From Basidiobolus meristosporus CBS 931.73 (taxonomy: Eukaryota > Fungi > Basidiobolomycota): DNA of 64,000 nucleotides. Made by a program: the position numbers and the translations under genes. Below the pieces are notes generated by a model. The model did no database searches, was not told where the DNA came from, and worked only from the letters and a program-made list of their open reading frames with translations. The DNA lies in assembly GCA_002104905.1 (NCBI GenBank), contig MCFE01000179.1, forward strand, positions 62,001-126,000, in the 5' to 3' direction. Within the stretch, counting starts at the first letter, position 1; the number at the start of each line of letters is the position of its first letter. Positions 1 to 10,689 of this stretch are shown here, piece after piece.

Positions 1-396
1 GTAGGTATCTCCAGGTGCACATCTGTACTTGTAATATTCCTACTCTTCCTGGCTGTCTTCCAGGTGCCAACTCATCACAACCATGATGGACTAGAAGGTT
101 ATATTCCTGAAAAGATTGAGATATGGAAGTAGTTGCAACTTGACTTGTCTTCCTATCTCCCCACACATTTGCTCTATAGAAAACTCTCAAAAGATGAAGC
201 ATGATCCTATATTCTCCACACCAAGCAAGATAGAGCAGAGAATGAATGTAGTAGTGGCAGAGATCTATCTGCCAAGCTTTGTACCTGCAGTGTAGCTGAT
301 CAAGTCCCAACACAAGCTCCTTACATAAAAGCTGTAGATGCATTAAGTGTGAATTGGTAATTGGCTTCCAGATAAATATACTTACAATGTCAACAT

Positions 397-744
397 TGCT
401 GTAAAAGTATATAATTCCACCTAGATATTCACCTAACTTGGTCACTTAGATCATTACCTTCCAATCCTAGAGAGTACTGGCCATATTCCTGATTGGGATT
501 TACTTAGAATATTTTTACCAATATACCAGGCACCCAGAACATGAAAATTCTCAAAGTTGTCCAAACAGCCCAAACTTTGTACACATGTTCTTGGAACCTT
601 TCTTAACCTAATCTACATGTTTGTTATGCCAAGACCATGTAAAATAAAAGTACTACTTTTACATTCAATATATCATTAGATGAAAACTACATAATCTACT
701 TGTTCTCCCAAATTCCTACCAATATCTCCAACACTCTTACAGCA
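397..744 (+). repeat. 5' LTR of copia copy 1
   Basis: Starts TGCTGTAAAA, ends CTTACAGCA, aligns to 4724-5075, followed directly by the PBS. Confidence 0.93.
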
Positions 745-755
745 GGTTATGAGCC
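745..755 (+). promoter_or_regulatory. Primer-binding site, half-tRNA(iMet) type
   Basis: GGTTATGAGCC directly after the LTR; the same motif is at 19469 and 44072. Matches the Ty5/Drosophila copia internal-tRNAiMet PBS (established knowledge). Confidence 0.85.
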
Positions 756-779
756 TCAAGCTGTCACTCTCTGCAGTTT

Positions 780-3700
780 CTACTACTACTATTACTAGAA
801 TTTCTCCTCTGCTGAAAAGTTGGATGGATCTAACTACCAAGTGTGGAAGGTGAAGATGAAGATGCTGATGCAAGAAAGAGGCCTTTGGGATATTATCATG
901 GGAGAAGAATGCACTACCAAAAACATGGGAGAGGAAGCCTTAAAGCACCAGAAGAAAGTACAAAGTGCCTTTCACTGCATTTGCCTTGATGTTAATGCCA
1001 AATTGCTAATTCAATGCTCAAGAGCAAAAACAGTAAAGAATGCCTGGAAGGCATTAGAAGACACCTATCAATCATGTTCAGCTACTAAGAAAGTGTATTT
1101 GAGACAAAAATACTTTACTTCAAAGATGCTGCCAGGAGAAGAAATGAAAAATCTAATTAACAGAATTACCCTGCTGGTAGATGAGATGGAGTATGTTGGC
1201 GTACTAACTACTCATGAAGATGTGATAGTAGCCATCCTGAATAGCCTGACAGACAAGTTTCAAGGCCTTGTATCAGCCCCAAAGTCCAGAACTGAAGAAT
1301 TGACCTTAATTTATGTAAGTGGAAGGCTCCTGGATGAAGAATTATGAAAATCAAGCACCAATAAGAAGGAAGAAGAGAATGCTTTAATCAGCAATGATAA
1401 CCAACAAAGGAGGGACCCAAGACCCTACAAAGGCAACAGCAATCTGTTTTGTAGTTACTGCAAAAGGAAAGGACACACATCAGACCAGTGTCTTAAAAAG
1501 AAAGAAAGTTCGCAGAAAAAGCCTGAACATATAAATGCTGCAACAACTGAAGATAGACTATTCATATTTGCACTAAATATGACCACAAACAAGGATACTC
1601 AGATGTGGTATATTGACTTTGGAGCATCTCAACACTTTACACACCAAAATGAACATTTTACCAAATATCAAGAAATTCCAATTCCAATGGTTTTCATGAG
1701 TGGCAATAGAATACTTGATGCAGTGGGAGAAGGAACTTGCCAAGTAAACCTAAGAGGCAGTGACAGAAGCCATAGACTGGCCTTTAAAGAAGTACTCTCT
1801 GTAGCAGAAATAGCCAAGAACCTACTAGCTGTAAGCAAGGCTGAAGCAGAAGGATACAGTTTCAGCTTTGACAATTCTGGATAAAAGATCACTGATCATA
1901 TAGTGCCCATATTGCTTTGTGTACCAGAGATGGGAATCTATACAAGTTGACTTATATCTCATCATATTGAGAAGCCAATATAGTAACTTAAATGAAGAAA
2001 CACCAATGCTTTGGCACAGGAGATTTGAGCACGTCAATTTTGATTACTTGCACAAAATGATCAAAGATCAGCTAATTTCTGGAGTAAAAATTGATCCCAC
2101 AGATAATTTGGAGCACTATGAAGCCTGCATATATGGAAAACAAGCCAGACAACTGCTCAAGAGCTCTGGGTTAATCAAACTAAGAAAAATTAGATCCAAT
2201 TCACTCAGATCTGTGTGGACATAGGCAAAATTTATCCTTGGGTGGGATGAAGCTTATTATCACTTTTATTGATGATTATACAAGAAACATGTGGGTTCAC
2301 TTCATGGAGAAAAAGGAAAATGCTCTGTCTAAGTTTGAGGAGCTCAAAGCCATGGTGGAGAGAGAAACTGGTGAAAAAATCAAGAAAATACACTCTGACA
2401 ATAGTGGAAAATATACCTCAAAACAATTCATCCAGTTCTGGAAAATTCATGGGATAAAGCAAGAAACTACCATACCATACTCCCTACAGCAAAATGGTGT
2501 AGCAGAATGTGCTAACAGATCAATTATAAATATGGCAAGTTCAATGATTCATGATCAAAAATTGTCCTACAATTTTGGGCAGAATCAGTTGCCACAGCTG
2601 TATACCTTAAAAATAGGAGTTATAGCAGAATCCTTTGTGATTCTACTCCATTTGAAGCATGATATAGGTACAGACCAAGTGCAGAACATCTCACAATATT
2701 TGGGTGTACATCATATGCCAAGAGACTGCCTGGAAATCAGTCAAAATTTGAGCCACAAAGTGTAAGATGTATACTTTTGGGCTACTGCAATGAGATTAAG
2801 GCATAAAAACTGTAGAATACCAAGGCAAAGAAGCTGATCAAGTCAAGGGATGTGTTTTATGATGAAAATTCAAAAACTTGCACAAAAAATGACATCAGAA
2901 GATGACAAAAATTTGATCTCAAGTCCACCAATTGTCAGGAATGAATCAGAGCAAAACAATGAGACTTTTTTCACTCCAGAGGACTCTACAACCATGGTTC
3001 AGCCTGAAGCAGTGCTCAGGGAAATTCCAGAAGTGGTTGTTCCAGTATCAAAGCCGGGAGATCCAATTGGACATGAAATAGCCCAAATTACTAAATCAAT
3101 GAGGGTACAAACTTAGCCTATGCCTATTCAGTCCATATTGATGAGCCCAAGACTGTAAAAGAGGCCCTAAATAGCCCTCAGACAAAGTTTTGGAGATCTG
3201 CAACAACTGAGGAATATCAGGCCGTGATGGAAGATCAAACTTGGGACTTGGTCAAATTACCAATCAACTAAAAATCAATTAGATGCAGATGGGTCTTTAA
3301 GACAAAGTGCAAGGCTGATGCTATAGTTAAAAGATACAAAGCAAGACTTGTGGCCAAAGGATACTCTCAAACAAAAGGGCTTGACTATACTGAGACCTTT
3401 GCACTGGTAGCCAAGTTTAATTCCATTAGATTAATATTGGCTATTGCAGCCAAATATAAGTTTTTTACTCATCAAATGGATGTAAAAGCTGCATTTCTGA
3501 ATGAAGAACTTGATAAGGATATGTATATGGACCAGCCTGATGGATTTGCTGACCAAGATAACCCCAATCTGGTCTGCAAGCTCAAAAAGTCTCTATATGG
3601 TATCAAACAATTACCAAGTGCCTGGAATTACAAGATAGATTCTGGTAGGAATCTTTGAGTTTCAAAAGAACTAATGCTGACTATAGTATATACTATAAGC

Positions 3701-4704
3701 CAGATAGAGCAAATTCAGTTCTAATAGCTCTATAATTGGATGATCTTACTATAGCAACCAATAACCTAAAAACATTAGAAGAGACTAAATCCACCCTATC
3801 TAAAGAGTTCAAGATGTCCAATCTAGGCAAACTCAGTTACTACTTAAGGATTAAGTTCTCCATAGACAGAAGTACCCACACTATCACCCTAAGTCAGTCC
3901 AAGTATGTTAACAATATACTAAAAAAGTACCAAATGGAAGACTGTAAACCAGCAGCTACCCCAATGGAGACCAACCTTGACTTGGTCAAAACTCAACAAA
4001 CACAAGAGAGCTTGGTGCCACCTGAAAGCCCTGACTTTTCTTATCAATCTATGGTTAGCAGTCTGATGTATATCATGCTTGTAACACATCCAGATATCTC
4101 ATATTCAGTGGGAGTTGTCAGCCAATATAATCAGAACTATGGATCTGATCATATTGCAGCAGCCAAGCAGATTTTTAAATACCTAGAAGGAACTGCTTAT
4201 AAATGCTTAAGATACACTTATAAGGACTCAGAACAGGCTTTTGTGGGATTCTCTGATGCTGATTGGGGACAAAATTTGGAAGACAGAAGATCCACTGCAG
4301 GATACACCTTACTTAACAGTAAAGAAGCAATTTCATGGAATTCAAGTAAGCAACCAATTGTAAAACTTTCTACCACAGAGGCAAAGTATATGGCAGCCTG
4401 TGAAGCTCCATAAGAAGCAATGTGGCTAAGAAAGCTTTTTACAGATTAAGGCCTATGTCAAAAAATGCCTATTACTATATTCCAAGAAAATCAAGGATGT
4501 ATACAAATAGGTAGAAACCCAACTTTTCATGCCAGAACTAAGCACATAGATAGTAAACATCATCTCATACATGAAGCTATAGGGAATAACTTAGTTAGCT
4601 TAGTTTACTCTCCTTCAGATAAAATGATTGCAGATATATTTACTAGACCATTAGCTAGAGACAAGTTTGAATATCTTAGGTCAAAATTAGGACTAGTAGT
4701 ATGA
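780..4704 (+). pseudogene. copia gag-pol pseudogene (many stops and frameshifts)
   Basis: Gag ORF 820-1347; CCHC knuckle CSYCKRKGHTSDQC near 1450; protease WYIDFGASQHF; GAG-pre-integrase LWHRRFEH; integrase TFIDDY, HSDNSGKY, QNGVAECANR; RT QMDVKAAFLN; RNase H FSDADW and KHID. Confidence 0.95.
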
Positions 4705-4723
4705 ACATTTAGCTAAGTGGAAG

Positions 4724-5075
4724 TGTTGTAAAAAATTTGAAATTCTACCAAAATATTCACCTAACTTGGTCACTTAGATCATTACCTTCAAATCCTAGAG
4801 AATACTGACCAAATTCCTTGTCAGTATTTACCTCAAACTTTTTCACCAAAATATCAGGTACCCAGAGCATTAAAATTCTTAAAGTTGTCCAAGCAGCCCC
4901 ACACTTTGCACACATGCTCTTGAGTCCTTTCTTAACCTATTAAGCATGGCTTTTTATGCCAAGACCATGTAAAAGTATAATTACTACTTTTACATTCAAT
5001 ATATCAATAAGTGAAAACCACATAATCTACTTGTTCTCCCAAATCACTTCCAATATCTCCAAGACTTGGACAACA
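4724..5075 (+). repeat. 3' LTR of copia copy 1
   Basis: TGTTGTAAAA...GGACAACA, preceded by PPT, followed by TSD AACAT. Confidence 0.93.
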
Positions 5076-5665
5076 AACATATGGCTACCAATGCTTCCGG
5101 TGCACTTTAGGTAGAAGTTGCTTCTGAGGGGCACTTGAATAGACACATATTCAGTTCATCTAGTCCTTGCATTTATAACATTGCATTTGCATACAAATAC
5201 TGATGGGAGGGTGCAAAATATAATATGGGTAGAAGATACTCTCAAATATCTTAGCAATTTATTCTAATTTCTCCAGTATCTTAAAGGACTCATTCAGCTT
5301 GAAATGCCCCCTGTACAACTTGGTCATTAGTATACTTATATTGTTGAAGAGCACATAAAATGCTCCAAGTGGAAAGCTTTTGCTGCAATAGATTTCCACT
5401 ATCTCAAGTATCTCTAGCTTTAACTTAATGTTGTAATATAGCCAATAGCCTATAGCATGCCAGCTTTGCAGCAAATGCATGCTGACTTCTGTATGTCTCT
5501 CTGTGGGAAGATGATATTCTTATTATAATTGTGTAGATGAAAATAATGTGTGTGAGTTATGGAGTAAATCCACAGGATCTTGCAAATTTTGCAGCAGTAT
5601 TGTCCATTGTGCCCAGAAAAGCTGGCCATCCTACTAACAGCTGGATATCTACAGTACAGAAACTA

Positions 5666-7474
5666 GACCTGTTCTATTGTCTAGTGCAAAATTGTGCCAT
5701 CAGTGCCAAGCTATGCCCTGGTGTGCCAAAGTGCCATAGTAGAGCTATACTTTGTTACATAGTATGTAGCTTAATTCTAGATTTTCATACAGAGTTACCC
5801 TTGTGTTGTAGTGGGGTCACAGTGACACCCACAGGCAGATATGCTCATTCCTGTATGCTCACTTCCCTAAAAAAGATTACCCCCCCTATATTAGTATCAT
5901 CCCAAATTGCAATATTTTCTATCTGCCTAGGTGATTATTACTGTGTGACCTGGCAAGCTATTTGTCACCATAAACCCATTGCACAAGTTATTCCTATTCC
6001 TTGCCAAGATGCCAAGAAAAAATAGTTATCATATAAGGCAAGTACCCCCAACAGTGCCTATGTCATGAGACCATCCTGGTTTCATAACCCTCCTATCCTA
6101 CATCCATATGAGGTAACTACATGACACAGAGGTTTAATATTACCACTATCTGATTAGCTAGGTACTACTATGCCACATGGAGCAATCCGCCAAGAATATG
6201 AGCTATTTTTAGTACACAACAACATAATTGGCTGTCTACTATCTTGTGGAAACTTTGGGAAAGTATTTTCTAGCAAGAATTTGAACAGCAAAAAAGTATA
6301 TAACAGATGCTCTACCTTAAAAATAAATCATCCCTCTTCCAATATTCCAACTTATTGATTAGTGAGATCACTGCTGCCTATTACCACTACTTTTGGACTC
6401 AGACCTGTCAATACTTCCAGGAAACCATGCTGACAGCCAACTGACCTTGGAGGCACTACTTTTGAGGAATACTCAGAGTAGGTATATTTTATTATATATG
6501 ATTGTTTTTCCAAGTTTGTTCTTGTACAGGCAAAGATACTTTTCAGTCTTTATAACTAATGGTCAAAGCTGCATTCTTATCAAGTCCCTGTTGGTGGAGT
6601 GTACAGTTGTTTTGACTTTGGAAGCTTTAGTACACTGTCATCTCAGAGGACATTGAAGCCATTATGAACTTTTGTTAAGACACCAACTAAGTTGGGATTG
6701 TAGCTTAATAGTTTTCCCTTGACAAGCTTGAGGCTTTATCCCCCTTCACATTAGATCAGACAAAAGACCCAGTATTCCTAGCAAGCTTTTGCCAGAGGTT
6801 ATTGCACCCAGTGAACACCCCACACACATTCACACTTGAGAAGTGTTGACCATATTTTGCCCTTTGGACTTGTACACCACCACAGCGTTTCACCCATTAT
6901 GTTGGAGAAAATCCATTTTATGACCGGTTTTCTTGGATTAGAGTTGAGGACCATGTGTAAGAGTACCAAAGGTCTGAAGACATACATCCTATATGCAGCT
7001 CACATTGTACTCTCAGTCTAGCTGCAGAGGCTTTCAATATATTATAAAACTCAAGGCAAAATCTTGATACACTGGAGCTATCTGGTGCTGTAAGTGCTTT
7101 GCTTAGGGCTTTGTTTAGGGCTGATATTGAAATATAGTGTCAGATAGTTCCAGTAGACCAAGATGGTGCCACACATTCATGTGAGATGTTAGAAGCCTCT
7201 TCAGCAATACTAAAGAGCTGCAGGAGTTCAGTAACAAATGCATATCTTAAGCCCTTCTGCACTCTGAAATATCTAGCACAACATTGATCCCAAATGAGGG
7301 CAAAAACTGAATTTTCTGGCGTGCAGTAGGTTAAGCACAGGGGCTGCTTTGCATAAAGATGTAGCACTATGTTTCACGCTCTGTGACCAAGTATAGATCT
7401 ACTTTGCCTCTCTGGCACACTACACATTCTTTGGCACTCATGGCTCAATGTCACAATATCAAACAGAGCAAGTC
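5666..7474. mobile_element. Internally deleted TIR element (probable non-autonomous family A derivative) with ~100-bp imperfect terminal inverted repeats
   Basis: 5666-5760 (GACCTGTTCTATTG...GTGCCA motifs) is an inverted match to 7380-7474; the same end recurs at 31485-31591. The interior 6160-6810 aligns to the family A ORF2 C-terminal region also seen at 10.7 kb and 15.9-16.2 kb. Confidence 0.6.
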
Positions 7475-8400
7475 CAATACAATGCTATGAAGTATTACTT
7501 TCTCCTAAGAGTGGATATAATCCAGTTTGGTCATCATGATCCTGCAATAAGGCTATTATGATGCCAGCAGATTGGAACTATTCTCCCTGCACATGATCTT
7601 ACAACAGGAATGTGACAATATTTTGCTGCATTTGCTGCCTAATGAAGTTGCAAGCTTTGCAGTGTGTTAGTAGTTATTTGCCAAGTGTTGCATACCTGCC
7701 ACAATTGACATACTACTATGACCTCAACTCTACAGCTTTACAGTGTCCTACTGCAAAGTTGCTATATATCAAGTATTGCTGGTAACATTTATATGTTGAA
7801 ACATATGCTCTGATGCAACCTCTTTTCCTTGAGTGCCTCCTGAATATCTGCAAAGAACTTTTCAATGTTTAGCCAATTAATTTGCTCACCCTGCTGAGCT
7901 CTAGTACTCCTTTCAGGTGAGCTCTGGCTCTTGTTTATGTGAAATCTGTATAGAATGGTGTAGAAGTTGGCTTGTGACCAAAAAAACCCCAGCATACTTT
8001 GGAAACATTGTCCTAATGCAAATTAGTTGCTTTTTGCGTCCAACCCAACCATGCATAATGTCCCTCAAAACCTATACATTGATGTTTCTTAGCTTCTTAA
8101 TGCCAATGGCATGGGAGTCTCCATATACACATCTGTCCTTGTTATTTTTGTACTGTTTGTGGCTGGCCTGCATGTGTCAACTATTCACATCCATGAAGGA
8201 CCTGAAGGTTATATTCATGATGCACTTAGGATATAGTAGTGCCTGTGACTTGACTTGTCCTCCTATCTTCCCACACATCTGCAAAATAGGAAACTCCCAA
8301 ATGGTGAAGCAAGGCCAAATCTTCTCTACACACCAAGCAAAATGAAATATAGAATGGATACAATAGTGGCAGGGATCTGCACATTGTGGTGGGGTAATTA
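7475..8400 (-). mobile_element. Family A transposase C-terminal fragment
   Basis: ORF piece WSQANFYTILYRFHINKSQ aligns to 23900-24193; nucleotide match to 23.9-24.6 kb. Confidence 0.75.
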
Positions 8401-8799
8401 TGCCTCACACAGGCCAGTTTATTCATATAGCTATAATGATGCACTTTTACATATTTTATCTTATCAGTATTATCCCATTATTCTTTGCCCTAATTATTGG
8501 TATTACCCCCATATCATCTTTACCCTAATTGGTTACCAGTATTAGTTATCCCAAATGTCTTTCATATTCATGATCACCACATGTATCAACATTAGGCAAG
8601 TACCAACATTGCATTGGGGTCATAATGACACTCACTGACAGATATGCCCATTTGGTGGTAATGGAAAGTATTCCATTACTAAAATATCTCTAAACCAATA
8701 TTGCACTCATTTCTTTACTTTGCTTTTTGCTATTGTAACTCACAAGTGCAAGATCAACTTTGAAGGACAAATGCTCCAGACCCTGACAAGCAGTCCACC

Positions 8800-8985
8800 A
8801 AAGTAGATAATCATCTCCATGATCCCAATGCCGTTCAAGTCTTAGTTGATGATGTACATGTTGCCTACGTTTCTTGCAAAGATGCACCCAAACTTAGATC
8901 TATTGGCTTTGACAATAAACTTTGTACTTGTTTAGAAGCTTACTACCATAGTGCCAAATTTATACTTGAAGATATATTCTACTAA
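8800..8985 (+). pseudogene. 5'-truncated HIRAN-domain-like gene fragment (LTR cargo)
   Basis: Frame reads KVDNHLHDPNAVQVLVDDVHVAYVSCKDAPKLRSIGF...IFY*. Matches the HIRAN signature (N..DPNAV.V....+GY+.R..A..L). Reversing CpG decay gives VSREDAPKL. Confidence 0.6.
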
Positions 8986-9157
8986 CAACTTTTATTTCTA
9001 TCCTCTCTTTACACCCCATGTATATCTCTTCTTTGATTGTTGAACCCTACCCCCTGCCTTTTAAAAAATATCCCACTAAACTATCCATATCCATCCAATT
9101 CTTATCTCCATCCAATTAAATTGGGTACACCCTCATCCACCCCTTCATATATTGAAC

Positions 9158-9346
9158 ATGAGTAAAGAATCCATTGTCAACAAATACTTCAATTTTTTAA
9201 CTCTCTACCAACACCAATATGGTCAACAACTCATTGTTCCTATGCAAGTTGGTAGCTTCTACAAAATTTACGGTGTTCACAACAATATCAAAAAACTTGG
9301 TAGCCCAGCCAATATCTCTGAGCTCCTGAATATCATCCTAACAAAA
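9158..9346 (+). pseudogene. 3'-truncated MutS mismatch-recognition domain I fragment, MutS7 (giant virus)-like (LTR cargo)
   Basis: MSKESIVNKYFNFLTLYQHQYGQQLIVPMQVGSFYKIYGVHNNIKKLGSPANISELLNIILTK. Reversing CpG decay gives VDEY...QVGSFYEIYG..NDIEKLG..ADISELLNI, containing the MutS F-X-E motif. Cut off exactly where the LTR backbone resumes. Confidence 0.7.
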
Positions 9347-9734
9347 ACAGTGACTTTGGTTGCAAGTCACTCTCAAACCAGCCAATTAAATCATGTGAAA
9401 TATTCAAAGGAGCTGTGCCTATGTCCAATCCACTCCACTGCAAAAGTTTAGCTTTGTATCACATGTATTGCTTGTGCAACCACCCCAAAACTTTGATCCT
9501 TCAGAATTTTTGTATATATGACTTCCCCAGCTGAAAAATCAAGAGAGAGCCTCTCTTTCCAGAATCTCCACACTACAATTACAAGTTTAGAGGTTATAAG
9601 ACTTCCCCTGCATCACTTACACTGTTGAGTATTCTGACTTTGATTAGTACTACATCATTAATGAGACTGCAAAGCTCACAAAAATCCAATCTAGGTTCAA
9701 CAAGAAACTACCACTTTTCTGTTGGAAAAGTTCC

Positions 9735-9900
9735 CTTTAAGAAGCCCCTTTACTCTAAAGATACCCCTTTAGGCACCACTTTAGTGTAAAGTCCACTTTA
9801 GAGACCACTACAAGAAGTCCCTTTACTCTAAAATCACCCCTTTAGGTCTAAAGACCCCTCTAGAGACTTCTACAACACACCCCTTTAGGTTAAAGGGGAG
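9735..9900. repeat. Degenerate tandem/inverted CCCCTTTA / TAAAGGGG motif array in family C LTR U3
   Basis: Repeated cccttta, ctaaag and ccacttta units; counterpart with a different unit number at ~12985-13220. Confidence 0.7.
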
Positions 9901-10689
9901 TTCAGAATTTCCATATTGGGAAATATTTTCTCAGCAAGGAAAGTGATGTCCAAATAAGGAAAAATCTCTATAAAAGTAAATAAGTCCATTAGTCAATAGA
10001 TGGTCAGAGCACTGCTGCAGAAGTGATAAATACTGTCTATAGTATATTTTGAGCCTAAGATTGAGGAAATCAGTGAAAGCTATATCTTCTATTGGTATAT
10101 CAAGCTCTCAATAAACTATTTTGGTATTAGCATACTGGAAGTTGTTGTATATTGTTGATTAGCCTCTACATTGTAAAACAAGCTCCAAACTAATTTTAAT
10201 GCATCACAACAATTCTCATATTTTTTTCTTCCCCATACTCTACTGCCATTATTTTAGTTTTATCTCAATTTGTGTTATCTAATCATTATTTACCCATAAG
10301 CTGGCCAAGCATGGTACCTGCTTCTGTATTGCATAAGTTATCCCTCACTTTATGTAAGATTACTGATTGTATGTGCTTCCATATTAGGCAAGTAATTGCA
10401 TTAGGACCTGTGATATATAACCTATTTGTGTCACCATCCCTACCACTGTCATTCCATATACTGTATCCCTATGTTACACAGATTTCAGAATCCCAATTCT
10501 TGATTGGTTTGATGCATTGTGCCTCTTTGAACCTTTTCACATCTATTTAGAACATTCTTAGCCCATTCTGATGTCATTGATATTTCTACTGATCTCTGGA
10601 ACCTTCTGGAAAATTATGATAAGTAATCACTTAGCCAGTGAGAAAAGTATATATGGGAGGCAATCCCTTAGCAGTAAATCATCATCCCT

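Larger units (their letters stand above)
397..5075 (+). mobile_element. Full-length but decayed Ty1/copia LTR retrotransposon (family 1, copy 1)
   Basis: 5' LTR 397-744, 3' LTR 4724-5075 (TG...CA, roughly 80% identical by eye). Perfect 5-bp TSD AACAT at 392-396 and 5076-5080. PBS GGTTATGAGCC at 745; purine-rich PPT at 4711-4723. Domain order gag-PR-IN-RT-RH. Confidence 0.97.
1..5665 (-). mobile_element. Degenerate Tnp2-family DNA transposon fragment (family A), occupying 1-396 and 5081-5665, interrupted by copia element 1
   Basis: Both flanks align to the transposase copy at 24.3-25.3 kb. That copy reads caatgtcAACATatcactcccaatg (one AACAT), matching the reconstructed empty site caatgtcAACAT|atggctaccaatg. 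Confidence 0.75.
8654..10211 (+). mobile_element. Large solo LTR (family C, copy 1) carrying a ~550-bp foreign cargo in U3
   Basis: Aligns end to end, inverted, with 12663-13890. Ends (T/G)GTGGTAATGG...CACAACA; 4-bp TSD ATTT/ATTC; TATAAAA at ~9969 and AATAAA at ~10110. Confidence 0.8.

Noticed and set aside
5537-6025. 162-aa plus-strand ORF
   Set aside because: It spans the junction between an antisense transposase fragment and the TIR at 5666, so it is a chance chimera.
8986-9157. Mimivirus early promoter AAAATTGA upstream of the MutS fragment
   Set aside because: No exact match is present; only loose AT-rich look-alikes.
9735-9900. CRISPR-like or telomere-like repeat array
   Set aside because: Units are short, irregular and lack unique spacers. 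They lie inside an LTR U3 in both copies of a eukaryotic element.
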